From assembly GCA_037443185.1 (NCBI GenBank), contig JBBIOV010000005.1, positions 1 through 36,458 on the forward strand: DNA of 36,458 nucleotides, written 5' to 3'. Source of the DNA: a bacterium. Its GTDB lineage: Bacteria > Patescibacteriota > Minisyncoccia > 2-01-FULL-47-10 > JBBIMT01. The position numbers and the translations under genes are program-made. The number at the start of each line of letters is the position of its first letter. Position 1 is the stretch's first letter. Below the pieces are notes generated by a model that had not been told where the DNA came from, made no database searches, and saw nothing but the letters and a program-made list of their open reading frames with translations. Of this stretch, positions 25,613 to 36,046 are shown one piece after another.

Positions 25613-26638
25613 CTATTGATGATGTTTTTTGTAATTGTTGGCAAGCATCTGGATTGCGCCAAGTACTCCAATCATTGCTGCATTATCAGTGCTTAAAAAT
25701 TTCGGTGGCACAAAAAATTGAATATTTAATTTTTCTTTTGAAATTTTTTCTTTAAAAAAATTTATTAGTCTCAAATTGGCTGAAACACCACCGGAAACAA
25801 TTAAAGTTTTAGCATTATAGTCTTTTACTGCCTTTAATGTTTTTAAAACTAAAGTTTCAACAATAGCTCTTTGATAGCTAGCGGCAAGCTTTTTTTCATT
25901 TCGATTGATTTCTTTTTTTTGCATTTTTTGTAAAGTATAAAGCAAAGCTGTTTTAAGGCCTGAAAAAGAAAAATTATAATCGTTACTTTTTATCATTGGT
26001 CGAGGGAAATTAAATGCTAATTCGTCTGCGTTTTGTGATAATTTTTCAATATATGGCCCACCAGGATAGGGTCCTCCTAAAAGTCGGGCGCCTTTATCAA
26101 ACGCCTCGCCGGCGGCGTCGTCTTTTGTTTGTCCTATTTTGATTGGTTTTAATGTTTTTAAATAATAAAGTTCTGTGTGCCCTCCTGAGACTACAAGAGC
26201 AACTGCTGGAAATTTTAAAAGGGTGGGCTTATTTTGAATTTCTGGAGAAAGTAAAACGCTGTAAATATGTGAAATGATATGATTGACTGGAAAAGCTGGT
26301 TTATCTAAAAAATAAGCTAGAGTTTTGGCAGTAGTGATGCCAACAAGCAAACAAGGTTCAAGTCCGGGATAAGAAGTATAAGCAATAAGATCGATTTGAT
26401 TGAAAGAAAATTTAGGCCGATCTTTTTTTATGGATTGATAAGCAGTTTCAATTAAGATAGGCAAATTTTTGCCGTGTTGGCGGCTAGCGAGTTTAGGAAC
26501 AATCCCACCGAATTTCTGATGTATCTTAAATTGCGAAGAAACTAAATTAACAATAATTTTATGTTCTAAAACAGATTTGCTTTCTATTAAAGCCACTCCA
26601 GTATCATCGCAAGAAGTTTCAATAGCAAAGGTAAGCAT
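25613..26638 (-). CDS. tsaD: tRNA N6-adenosine threonylcarbamoyltransferase
   Basis: AIETSCDDT, GGIVP.LASR.H, HIISH, LVVSGGHT, DDAAGEAFDK, FSFSGLKT, DNAAMIG. Confidence 0.96.
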   Translation of the reverse strand: MLTFAIETSCDDTGVALIESKSVLEHKIIVNLVSSQFKIHQKFGGIVPKLASRQHGKNLPILIETAYQSIKKDRPKFSFNQIDLIAYTSYPGLEPCLLVGITTAKTLAYFLDKPAFPVNHIISHIYSVLLSPEIQNKPTLLKFPAVALVVSGGHTELYYLKTLKPIKIGQTKDDAAGEAFDKGARLLGGPYPGGPYIEKLSQNADELAFNFPRPMIKSNDYNFSFSGLKTALLYTLQKMQKKEINRNEKKLAASYQRAIVETLVLKTLKAVKDYNAKTLIVSGGVSANLRLINFFKEKISKEKLNIQFFVPPKFLSTDNAAMIGVLGAIQMLANNYKKHHQ

Positions 26639-26886
26639 AGATTTTAAAATTTTACAGTTTTTAATAAAGTGTGTAAAATTGAAAAAATTGTTGATTTTTC
26701 AAATTTCAAGTCAATGGCTTTGCTAGAATCACTTTGTTTGTAAGACTTTGTAAAAAAAGAAAGCTTAAATTTTCTATAAGTTTACCACTAATTATTAATC
26801 AATAAGATAAGGTATACGATATCATATCTTTTTAGTCTAATTACATTTATTTTAATTTTTTTAATTTAGGCAGTTGTTGGTTATTT

Positions 26887-27273
26887 TTAGAAGTCTTCAC
26901 TGATAATATTTTCATAATGCCTTATTTCATAATTATTTTCATCAAAAGGAGATATCACTATGGCTATCAAATCAAATCGGTAATTTTCAGGAGACATTTT
27001 TTTAAATAAAAAATAAGTTTGGGCAAGTTTTTGTAATTTTTTAATTTTAAAGTAAGTAAAATGATCTTCTGGAGAAAAATAGTCGTTTTTTAAAATAGTT
27101 TTTACCTCAACAAAAATAATTTCAGAGTCTTTTTTGGCTATTAAATCTATCTCTCCAGTTTTAACTTTCCAATTTTTCTCTAAAATTTTTAATCCTTTAT
27201 TTTTTAAAAAATCAGTTGCTATTTTTTCTCCATGATTGCCGAATTTTTTATTTGAAAAAAACTTATTTATCAT
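26887..27273 (-). CDS. yraN: YraN-family (UPF0102) nuclease
   Basis: G..GE..A..FL..KG..IL..NW...GEIDLIA....IIFVEVKT, RFDLIAI. Confidence 0.92.
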   Translation of the reverse strand: MINKFFSNKKFGNHGEKIATDFLKNKGLKILEKNWKVKTGEIDLIAKKDSEIIFVEVKTILKNDYFSPEDHFTYFKIKKLQKLAQTYFLFKKMSPENYRFDLIAIVISPFDENNYEIRHYENIISEDF

Positions 27274-27325
27274 TTAAAATGAATTATTGTTATTTAATCA
27301 TTAACTGTTATAGTTTACTTGAATT

Positions 27326-28033
27326 ATGCCAAAAGACAAGAGTGAAAGAATAAAAGTTATAGCGCTTGGCGGTTCTATTATTAATCCCGGGAAACCAGAT
27401 ATAGAATTTTTAAAAAAATTTAGGCAGATGATAATTCGTTTTATAAAAGATGAAGGTTATAAGTTTTTAATTGTCGTCGGCGGTGGAAGATTATGTCGTA
27501 TTTTCCAATCAAGTTTAAAAAAAATATCCCCTGATATCCCTAATGAAATATTAGATTGGCTTGGTATTAAAGTTACTCATTTAAATGCTTATTTCACATC
27601 AAAAATTTTCGACAAAAACGCAAGCCCTAAAATTTTAACCTCATTTAATCAAAGAATATTTTTTGGTCATCATAATATTATTTTCGGAGCTGGTGTTAAA
27701 CCAGGGTGGTCAACTGATTTTGATGCTTTTTATTGGGCTAAAAGATTAGGGGTTAAAGTAGTCTTCCTTCCTACAAATGTAAAATATATTTTTGATAAAG
27801 ACCCCAAAAAATTTCCATCTGCCAAGTCTTTTAAAGAGATATCTTGGAATAAATATACTACTTTAATTAGTGGAAAATGGACCCCAGGGCTTAATATTCC
27901 TATAGATCAGAAAGCTGCTGATTTTGCCAAAAAAGAAAAGATGATTGCTTATGTTTTTAACGGAAAAGATTTAACAAATTTCAAAAAAGTAATTGCTGGT
28001 GAAAATTTTATTGGAACTGTAGTTAAATCTTGA
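27326..28033 (+). CDS. pyrH: UMP kinase, archaeal-like type
   Basis: IALGGSII, IVVGGG, D.LGI..T.LNA, PGWSTD, IFDKDPKK, FIGTVV. Confidence 0.88.
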   Translation: MPKDKSERIKVIALGGSIINPGKPDIEFLKKFRQMIIRFIKDEGYKFLIVVGGGRLCRIFQSSLKKISPDIPNEILDWLGIKVTHLNAYFTSKIFDKNASPKILTSFNQRIFFGHHNIIFGAGVKPGWSTDFDAFYWAKRLGVKVVFLPTNVKYIFDKDPKKFPSAKSFKEISWNKYTTLISGKWTPGLNIPIDQKAADFAKKEKMIAYVFNGKDLTNFKKVIAGENFIGTVVKS

Positions 28034-28160
28034 AATTTATTGTTTTTTGGATAATAATTGATATCTCAATAAATAATATCTATTTTTTAGTTTAGGATTT
28101 AATTATAATTTTGAAGTATAATTTTGAAGGAGAAATTTTTGTTGGTTTCTTAAAAAATTT

Positions 28161-28817
28161 ATGATAATAAGATGGCACGGACAATCATTTATCGAAATTA
28201 AAGCTAAAAATGCTAATATAGCTATAGATCCATACAGCGCGGAAATTGGATTTTTGCCTCCTAAAATAAAGGCGGATATTTTACTTATTACTCATCAACA
28301 TGTAGATCACTCAAATAAAGAAACAATTTTGAATAATCCTTTTTTGATAGATAAGCCAGGCGAATATGCTTTAAAAGGATTTTATTTTAAAGGCATTCCA
28401 TCTTTTCATGACAATGTTAAAGGTGCTAAAAGAGGCGAAAATATTATTTATTTAATGAATATAGAGGATGTTTTTTTGTGTCATTTGGGAGATATTGGAC
28501 AGACTGAACTTTCAGAAAAACAGCTTGATGAATTAAGTAAAGTCGATATTGTATTTATTCCTGTTGGAGGAGTTTATACAATCGATGGGATTGAAGCGGC
28601 ACATATCTTGCATCAAATTGAACCGAAAATTGTTATTCCTATTCATTATAAGATTCCTAATTTAAAATATGATTTAAAAGAAGTTTCAATTTTTCTAAAA
28701 GAGATTGGGCAAAGTCAACCTAAAAAAATAAAAGAATTAAAAATCGCCAGTTCATCCTCGAGTTCATCCTCGCTTAAAGAGGGACCAGAAGTTGTGCTTC
28801 TTGAAAAATATAGTTAA
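28161..28817 (+). CDS. MBL-fold metallohydrolase (Lactamase_B_3-like)
   Basis: IRWHGQS, IDPY, THQHVDH, HD...G..RG, HLGD, PVGG.YTID, PIHY. Confidence 0.9.
   Translation: MIIRWHGQSFIEIKAKNANIAIDPYSAEIGFLPPKIKADILLITHQHVDHSNKETILNNPFLIDKPGEYALKGFYFKGIPSFHDNVKGAKRGENIIYLMNIEDVFLCHLGDIGQTELSEKQLDELSKVDIVFIPVGGVYTIDGIEAAHILHQIEPKIVIPIHYKIPNLKYDLKEVSIFLKEIGQSQPKKIKELKIASSSSSSSSLKEGPEVVLLEKYS
28749..28772 (+). repeat. perfect 12-bp tandem duplication encoding Ser8
   Basis: AGTTCATCCTCG x2, in frame. Confidence 0.9.
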
Positions 28818-28861
28818 TTGAAAAACGGATTTATAAAGCAAACAAAATAATCAATCTGGCA

Positions 28862-29167
28862 ATGCAAAAATTTATCCATAAAACAAAAGAATATGTTGAA
28901 AAATTAAGAGCCAAACCATATTCTACCAGAAAAAGGCTTATGTGGTTTTATAGCGTTATTACGATAATTATTATTTTACTTCTTTGGTCAATCTACATTA
29001 AAAATAAACTTCAACTAAATTTTAGCAAACCCCACGAAGAACCCAAAAAAAACCAAATAGTTATTCCATCTTTATTCGAAAATTTAAAAGAATTTTTCAG
29101 CGATTTTGCTGAATTTTTAAAACCAAAACCGAATTTTGATGAAAATGGCAATGAGAATGAGCAGTGA
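28862..29167 (+). CDS. small single-pass membrane hypothetical protein
   Basis: Basic N-terminus followed by the TM segment FYSVITIIIILLLWSIYI; lies upstream of gyrA. Confidence 0.75.
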   Translation: MQKFIHKTKEYVEKLRAKPYSTRKRLMWFYSVITIIIILLLWSIYIKNKLQLNFSKPHEEPKKNQIVIPSLFENLKEFFSDFAEFLKPKPNFDENGNENEQ

Positions 29168-29225
29168 TGATATTATTTATTGACGATTTTAACATTGACT
29201 TATTTTAAATAATTTTAGCATTAAT

Positions 29226-31616
29226 ATGGGACAAATAATTAAAAAAGAAATTACTGAAACTTTAGAAAAATCTTATTTAGATTATGCAATGAGTGTTATT
29301 GTGTCACGCGCTTTGCCTGATGTTCGAGATGGATTAAAACCAGTGCAAAGACGGATTTTATATGCAATGTATAAGTTAGGATTAAAATCAGGAGCAAAAT
29401 TTAGAAAGTCAGCCACAGTTGTCGGAGAAGTTTTGGGGAAATATCATCCTCATGGTGATATGCCGGTTTATGACGCGTTGACCAGAATGACGCAGGATTT
29501 TTCAATGCGGTATCCTTTGATTTATGGGCAAGGTAATTTTGGCTCAATAGATGGGGATGCGCCGGCCGCTATGCGTTATACAGAAGTGAAAATGACTAAA
29601 ATGGCAGAAGAGATGCTTGAAGATATAGAAAAAGAAACTGTGGATTTTGTGCTCAATTACGATAATACTTTAAAAGAACCAGCTTATTTACCATCTAAAT
29701 TACCGCAACTATTACTTAATGGTGTCAAAGGCATTGCGGTTGGAATGGCAACTTCTATTCCTCCACATAATTTAAAAGAAATAGCTGATGCGGCTGTTTA
29801 TTTGATTGATAATCCAGATTGCACGAGTGAAGATTTATTAAATTTTATTAAGGGTCCTGACTTCCCAACTGGTGGAATTATCTATGATAGAAATGCTATT
29901 TTAAAGGCTTATGGTACGGGCAAAGGGGCAATTCCTTGTCGTGCTAAAACTGAAATCAAGGATAATGAGATTATTATAAAAGAACTTGTCTATCAAACGA
30001 ACAAAGCTAATTTAATCCAGAAAATAGCCGATTTAGTAAAAGAAGATAAAATTAAAGGCATCAAAGATATAAGAGATGAATCTGATAAAAATGGTATTTC
30101 TATCAAAATTGAAGTAAAAAAGGGTTTTTCTGTAGAGCAAGTTTTGAAATATTTGTTTAAATATACAGAACTCGAGCAGTTTTTTTATGTTAACTTTTTA
30201 GCATTGGTTGATGGAGTGCAACCTAAAGTTTTGTCAATTCGGGAAATAATTTCTGAATTTATTAAGCATCGGCAGATTATTTGGACAAGAAAGGCGCAAT
30301 TTGATTTAAAAGAAGCTCAAGCAAGAGTACACATTTTAGAAGGTCTTTCAAAAGCATTAGATTATATTGACGCTATTATAAAAGTAATTAAAAGCTCAAA
30401 AACGCGAGAAGAAGCTGCTTTAAATCTCATTAAAAAATTTCAGTTTACATCAATCCAAGCGGAAGCAATTTTACAAATGCAGTTGGCGCGATTAGCTGGA
30501 CTTGAGAGAAAGAAAATTCTTGATGAATTAGAACAAAAAAGAAAAATTATCGCGTATCTTAAAGATTTATTAGCTCATCCAAAAAAGATTTTAGCTGAAA
30601 TTAAAAAAGAAATAAAAGAACTGGCAAAGTTTTACGGAGATGAAAGAAAAACCAAAGTTATTAAGGGTAAATTTGAAGAGGTGGCAGAAGAAGATTTAGT
30701 CATTAAAGAAGAAACTTTAATCATTGGCACTGATAATGGTTATGTGAAGCGAATTTCACCAAAATTATTTAAAGTCCAGGCTCGTGGTGGTAAAGGTATT
30801 TTAGGTATTTTAGTTAATTCCGATGATAAAGCAAAGCATTTGGTATATTGTCAAACTACTGATGATGTATTTATCTTAACAAATGATGGAGTGATGTTCG
30901 TTTATAAGGCATATGAAATTCCAGATAAAAAGCGAGAGCAAAAAGGGGATATAATTTTGCAAAAACCTATTTCTGTTATAGTGACTAAAAAATATGATAT
31001 TGCAAAAGAATATTTTGTATTTATTACTAAATATGGTAAAATTAAAAAGACAAAACAGGAAGAATTTACGAATATTTCTCGAGGGGGACTTATTGCTGTG
31101 AAAATAGCGCAGGATGATGTGGTAAAATTTTTAAAGTTCGCCGACGATAAAGATTTTATCTTCATTGCTACTAAATTTGGAAAAATTATTTTGTTTTCTG
31201 TTAAAAATATTTCAGAGCAAGGGCGTTATGCCGGAGGAGTCAAAGGGATTCGTTTAGAAAAAGGAGATGAAGTGATTGGCGCGGAAGTTATTGGTTTTGA
31301 AGATATGAAAAAATCATCTCAAATCTTGGTAATTACTGAAAAAGGATTGGGCAAGAAAGTATCTATAAAAGAATTTTCTCTTCAGGGACGCGGTGGTGCA
31401 GGTAGGAAGCTCTCTAAAGTAAATAAAAAAACCGGTGCTATAAAAATTCTTAAAGCAGTTAAAGAAAATTCTCAAGAGTTATTGATAGTTTCAGAAATGG
31501 GACAAATAATGAGAACAGAAATATCTAAAATTCCAGTACAAGGCAGATATGCTCAAGGAGTTATTATAATGAAATTTGATTTAAACGATAAGGTAGCAGA
31601 TGCGGTAATATTATAG
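29226..31616 (+). CDS. gyrA: DNA gyrase subunit A
   Basis: [38 protein letters not shown] (catalytic Tyr), GyrA-box QARGGKG. Confidence 0.96.
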   Translation: MGQIIKKEITETLEKSYLDYAMSVIVSRALPDVRDGLKPVQRRILYAMYKLGLKSGAKFRKSATVVGEVLGKYHPHGDMPVYDALTRMTQDFSMRYPLIYGQGNFGSIDGDAPAAMRYTEVKMTKMAEEMLEDIEKETVDFVLNYDNTLKEPAYLPSKLPQLLLNGVKGIAVGMATSIPPHNLKEIADAAVYLIDNPDCTSEDLLNFIKGPDFPTGGIIYDRNAILKAYGTGKGAIPCRAKTEIKDNEIIIKELVYQTNKANLIQKIADLVKEDKIKGIKDIRDESDKNGISIKIEVKKGFSVEQVLKYLFKYTELEQFFYVNFLALVDGVQPKVLSIREIISEFIKHRQIIWTRKAQFDLKEAQARVHILEGLSKALDYIDAIIKVIKSSKTREEAALNLIKKFQFTSIQAEAILQMQLARLAGLERKKILDELEQKRKIIAYLKDLLAHPKKILAEIKKEIKELAKFYGDERKTKVIKGKFEEVAEEDLVIKEETLIIGTDNGYVKRISPKLFKVQARGGKGILGILVNSDDKAKHLVYCQTTDDVFILTNDGVMFVYKAYEIPDKKREQKGDIILQKPISVIVTKKYDIAKEYFVFITKYGKIKKTKQEEFTNISRGGLIAVKIAQDDVVKFLKFADDKDFIFIATKFGKIILFSVKNISEQGRYAGGVKGIRLEKGDEVIGAEVIGFEDMKKSSQILVITEKGLGKKVSIKEFSLQGRGGAGRKLSKVNKKTGAIKILKAVKENSQELLIVSEMGQIMRTEISKIPVQGRYAQGVIIMKFDLNDKVADAVIL

Positions 31617-31708
31617 AGGCGAATAAGATATATTTTAAAAGCAAAAAAATATTAAAAGTATTATCGAAAATAATTTAAATTTTAAAATTAAAGAAGGGTA
31701 GGACAAGT

Positions 31709-32239
31709 ATGGACGGGTTATTAAATCCGGAAGATATTATTAGAAAATGCGCTTTTTTTAACGGTGCTAAAGTTGCTGATTTTGGTTGTGGGCACGGCCA
31801 TTTAACTTTACTGATTGCCAAAGAAATAGGCAATGAAGGAAAAATTTACGCTTTTGATATTCTAGATGAAGCGCTTGAAGGGCTTTTAAGAAAGGCGCAT
31901 TCATTCGGTTTTAAAAATATTGAAGCTAAAAAAACTAATTTAGCTTTGCCCCAAAGCACTGCTTTAAGAGAAAATTCCTGCGATTTCGTTTTTGCTGCAA
32001 ATATGATGTTTCAAAATCCTGATGAAGATAAAATTAAAATTTTAAATGAAGCTTATAGAATTTTGAAACACGGAGGTAAATTAATTGTCATTGATTGGTC
32101 AAATAAAGCCAGTTTCGGCCCTAAAGAACATAAAATTGATTCAGAAAAATTTAAAGAAAAAGCTCTTCAAGTAGGATTTAATTTCTTAGAAAGCTTTAAC
32201 GCTGGAATTGCACATTTTGGACTTATTTTTGTGAAATGA
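31709..32239 (+). CDS. class I SAM-dependent methyltransferase
   Basis: VADFGCGHG motif I, IYAFDI, RILKHGGKLIVIDW. Confidence 0.9.
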   Translation: MDGLLNPEDIIRKCAFFNGAKVADFGCGHGHLTLLIAKEIGNEGKIYAFDILDEALEGLLRKAHSFGFKNIEAKKTNLALPQSTALRENSCDFVFAANMMFQNPDEDKIKILNEAYRILKHGGKLIVIDWSNKASFGPKEHKIDSEKFKEKALQVGFNFLESFNAGIAHFGLIFVK

Positions 32240-32296
32240 AAAAAATAACTTAAAAGTTAATAGCTTATTTTTTAATATTATTATAAACTAAAACTT

Positions 32297-33802
32297 ATGA
32301 GTTTAGTCGAATCAAAAACAAAAATTATACTCTTTGGGGGATTAGCGGTATTCATTTTGCTTATCCTTTTGGTATTTATATTTGGAACCAAACCAGCTCC
32401 ACCTAAACCTGAACCAGTTTCTTTAACTTTTTGGGGAGTATATGATGATTCTTATATTTATGACAGCGTAATAAAAAATTTTAAGTTAGTGCGTCCTAAT
32501 GTTTCTATTTCTTATAAAAAATTAAGTCCTCAGGATTATGAAAAAGCAATTTTAGAAGGACTTGCCAGCGGCAAGGGGCCGGATATTATAATGCTTCATA
32601 ATACTGAACTTTTTAAAAATAAAGAACTTTTAGTATCTTTACCGCCTTGTATTGTTTATAATCAATCTTATCGAAAATTTTTCGCCACTACTGATGATAC
32701 TATACCGCCAATTCCTAAGAAAACACCGAAAAAAAATTGTGAATATACGAACGCTTCCTTCAAAAAAGAACTTTATCAAAATATTTTAAAAAATTATGGC
32801 GAAATTTTTGTGCCAGTAGCAGCAGCAGATTTTATTTCTGATGGCAAGGTGTATGCAATGCCACTTTATGTCGATACTTTAGCTTTATTTTATAATAAAA
32901 ACCACTTTTATTCTTCTGCTATTGCCCAACCCCCCCAAACATGGGATGAGTTTATTTCTGTTGTTCAGCAATTGCGTCGTATCAGAACAGATGGTTTTAT
33001 TGAGCGTGCGGCTGTTGCTTTAGGCGATACTAAAACAGTGCATCGAGCGGTAGATATTTTTATGCTTTTTGCTCTTCAAAGTGGAGCTGTGCCAATTGAT
33101 TTACAAAAAGGAAAAGTTTCTTTTACGGAAAGTCGTGTTTTATCGGATGGTAGAACTGTATTTCCAGTGATTGATGCCCTTAAATTTTATTTAGCTTTTG
33201 CTAATCCCATTGCTTTAATAAATAATCAAGATGTTTATACTTGGAATAATCGACAAAACTATTCAATAGATGCTTTCGTTAGAGAAGAAGTATCAATGAT
33301 ATTAGATTATGCTTATATCATTCCCGATATTAAAAATAAAAATGCTTATTTAAATTTTGGAGTTGCGCCTGTACCTCAACTAAAAGCTGATTCTTTCAAT
33401 AAAGTAAATTATGCTGATTATTATGGTGTTGCCGTAACTAATAAGGTTTTAGATAAAACGCGACAAGGCTCTATTTGTGGCGCAAAATGCTATAGCGCTT
33501 GGGAGTTTTTAATATTTTTGACCAATAAAGATAATTCTAAAGTTTATTTAGAAAAAGCTTTTAGACCAACCGCTAGAAAAGATCTTGTCGATTTTCAAGG
33601 CAATCATCCAGAACTCGGAGTTTTTGCGATTCAATCTTTAACAGCTAAAAGTTGGCCTCGTCCAGATAGAGCGCTTGTTGAACAAATTTTGGTCAATGCA
33701 ATGGAAGATGTTTTAAAAGGAAATAAAGAAATATATGAAGCTCTAAAGTCAGCCAATGAGAAAGTAAAAGTCCTTATTCAGACGACTAAAAAAAATGATT
33801 GA
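32297..33802 (+). CDS. membrane-anchored extracellular solute-binding protein (sugar-binding family 1-like)
   Basis: N-terminal TM, LTFWG, GKGPDII, GKVYAMPLYVDTLALFYNK, PPQTWDEF, FGVAPVPQ, AWEFL.FL. Confidence 0.85.
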   Translation: MSLVESKTKIILFGGLAVFILLILLVFIFGTKPAPPKPEPVSLTFWGVYDDSYIYDSVIKNFKLVRPNVSISYKKLSPQDYEKAILEGLASGKGPDIIMLHNTELFKNKELLVSLPPCIVYNQSYRKFFATTDDTIPPIPKKTPKKNCEYTNASFKKELYQNILKNYGEIFVPVAAADFISDGKVYAMPLYVDTLALFYNKNHFYSSAIAQPPQTWDEFISVVQQLRRIRTDGFIERAAVALGDTKTVHRAVDIFMLFALQSGAVPIDLQKGKVSFTESRVLSDGRTVFPVIDALKFYLAFANPIALINNQDVYTWNNRQNYSIDAFVREEVSMILDYAYIIPDIKNKNAYLNFGVAPVPQLKADSFNKVNYADYYGVAVTNKVLDKTRQGSICGAKCYSAWEFLIFLTNKDNSKVYLEKAFRPTARKDLVDFQGNHPELGVFAIQSLTAKSWPRPDRALVEQILVNAMEDVLKGNKEIYEALKSANEKVKVLIQTTKKND

Positions 33803-33859
33803 TTTTTAAATTATAAATCAATACCAATACGCATCAAGGTTTGACTTTGTTAGTTTGTT

Positions 33860-35809
33860 ATGATGAAAATTTTTACAATTTCTTTTTTAACATTTTCGGT
33901 AAGCTTTGTCGCGTTTGCGCTTTTTTCTTTTTTTTTAAATTTTTCGTCAGTTGCCTTTGCAGCTAATTTTGGCGATCTACCAAACTTATTTCAAAAAGCT
34001 AAAACAACCATAGAAGATAGTGAAAAAAAAATAAATCAAAATCAAGCTTTAAAAATTTTGCTTGAGAAAAATAGTTCATTAAAAAATTTAATTTCATCTG
34101 CAAAAGACTTCGTTGATAATTTTAACGCTTTTACTAAGTCCTTAGTCCAAATTGATGAAAAAACCAAAATTTTTTCAAATCCCGAAAGTTTCAAAACTTT
34201 TGTTCATGAAAGCTTAAATGAAATAAAAAATATTATTGAAGAGATATTAAGTGGAGCTGATTATGGGCTTTTATTTGAGGCAAAAGAAAATTTTGATAGT
34301 CTTTTACAACTAGTGTCTGCTATATCTGATATTCAAAATGCTGTAAATATTGGTCAAAAAACTTTAACAGCGTTAGATAATTTGCAAAAATCCTACAACG
34401 AAGCAAAATCCAGTTTAAATTTAAAAAATATTAAAATAAATTTTGAACTTACTGTTTCTGGCAAAAAAAAGTTAGAAGATATTGTTAAGGGTGGGCTTGA
34501 AAATTTATACCAGAAGTTTAAAAAAGAAGTCGATCAGGCGGCGTTTTTAATTGGTAGAATTGCTCTTTGTGAAACGGAATTTAAATTAGATCCAGGTTGT
34601 GTTGATAAATCCAATTTGATAAAAGAATTAGAAGGTATTATAAAAACAACTTTGCCAAAAGCTTTTGATGAACTAATTAATTATATAACTAACAATTTGA
34701 AAATAGAAACTAGTTTTAATGGTTTTTCTGATTTTGCCGAAGATATCAGCGTAGTTTTAAAAATAACAAATATCAAAATTAAAACGCAACAATCAGGCAC
34801 CGAGATAAATTTTTCTTTGGAAGGAGTCGGAGTGATTGGGGGAGATGATAAAGTACAATGGATTATTAAGTATAATGGTAAGCAGTTTGATTTTGATACT
34901 TTAAATCCAAAGCTAAGTATTGCACAATTTAATTTGCTGCAAAATTTATACGCTCAAGTATCGCCGCCGCCTTTGCCTTCTTCAATCCCAAATTCCTCAA
35001 GTAACTCTACACCGCCGTCAGTGGCCGCTAGTATATCCGCTCAAGCTGTTGTTATCAAAGCAGATAATAATCAGCCTTTAATGATTGGTGGCTTAAATGA
35101 AGATCAAATAGATCAAGATAATAATCAACTTTCAAGCGCAAAAGATGATTGTGAAAGAAGATATAAGTATAGGGGACAAGCTTGTACAGCTATTAACGGT
35201 CAACACGGAAGATGTAATTATATTCCCAATACTTCAGATTTAAGTTTATGGTGCAAACCAGTTTTTAACGATTGCAAAGAAAAATCAGTAGATGATGAAT
35301 GTGAAATTGATGGAAAACAAGGCAAATGCGCTGATTATCAAAAACCAGAGCTTCTTTGTATAGTAGTGGGAGACACTGAAAGACCTTCGAAACCCAAAGA
35401 ACCTTCCCAATCAAACTCGCCTTCGCAAATGGTATTTGACCAAGATTGCAAAAACGGCATTTTGGAAAACGGGGGACTTATTCCTTGTAGAGGAACTGCT
35501 GGCTGCCCTTGCACATTTTGCCACTTTTTTTATTTAATCCAAAAGATTATCAATTTTGTTACTTTAAAACTTATTCCTACAATTGCTATTTTGCTGATAA
35601 TAATTGGTGGGGGTATGTATTTATTTAATTTTGGCAATACAAATCGCGTAAGACAGGGAACTGATATTTTAATAGGCGTTGCAATTGGAATTTTGATTAT
35701 TTATGCTGCTTGGCTTATAATTAATACGATACTAATTGCTTTTGTTAATCCTGAAGCAATAAAAGATTTTCCTGAAAGATGGTTTAGTATAACTTGTCCG
35801 GTAAAGTAA
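33860..35809 (+). CDS. large exported protein with Cys-rich modules and a C-terminal VirB2/TrbC-like pilin domain
   Basis: Signal peptide (..SSVAFA), helical body, P/S linker, Cys repeats, GLIPC..C.C.FC, two TM helices separated by GNTNRVRQG. Confidence 0.7.
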   Translation: MMKIFTISFLTFSVSFVAFALFSFFLNFSSVAFAANFGDLPNLFQKAKTTIEDSEKKINQNQALKILLEKNSSLKNLISSAKDFVDNFNAFTKSLVQIDEKTKIFSNPESFKTFVHESLNEIKNIIEEILSGADYGLLFEAKENFDSLLQLVSAISDIQNAVNIGQKTLTALDNLQKSYNEAKSSLNLKNIKINFELTVSGKKKLEDIVKGGLENLYQKFKKEVDQAAFLIGRIALCETEFKLDPGCVDKSNLIKELEGIIKTTLPKAFDELINYITNNLKIETSFNGFSDFAEDISVVLKITNIKIKTQQSGTEINFSLEGVGVIGGDDKVQWIIKYNGKQFDFDTLNPKLSIAQFNLLQNLYAQVSPPPLPSSIPNSSSNSTPPSVAASISAQAVVIKADNNQPLMIGGLNEDQIDQDNNQLSSAKDDCERRYKYRGQACTAINGQHGRCNYIPNTSDLSLWCKPVFNDCKEKSVDDECEIDGKQGKCADYQKPELLCIVVGDTERPSKPKEPSQSNSPSQMVFDQDCKNGILENGGLIPCRGTAGCPCTFCHFFYLIQKIINFVTLKLIPTIAILLIIIGGGMYLFNFGNTNRVRQGTDILIGVAIGILIIYAAWLIINTILIAFVNPEAIKDFPERWFSITCPVK

Positions 35810-36046
35810 TAAATATATTTAATGAATAAAGAATCAGTAAAAATTGTTAAATTGCAAAATTATTAAATCTTTAATTGGATTATTCAAATTGACAAGTTAT
35901 AAAATTAAAAATTCATCCATAATTTATAGTTTATAATTTATTAATTAGACGACAATTTAAATTTTTAACGATTTCAATTTTCAATAAACATTAAACATTT
36001 AAAATTCGATAAAGCTTAAATATTTTTAAGTTTTTTAGATTTTAAT

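Noticed and set aside
600-31165. Short overlapping or antisense ORFs in the track (600, 2432, 3745, 6173, 9144, 9387, 12149, 14089, 17960, 19262, 19695, 20549, 20751, 22197, 23831, 24364, 30902)
   Set aside because: All overlap well-supported genes and carry no recognisable motifs
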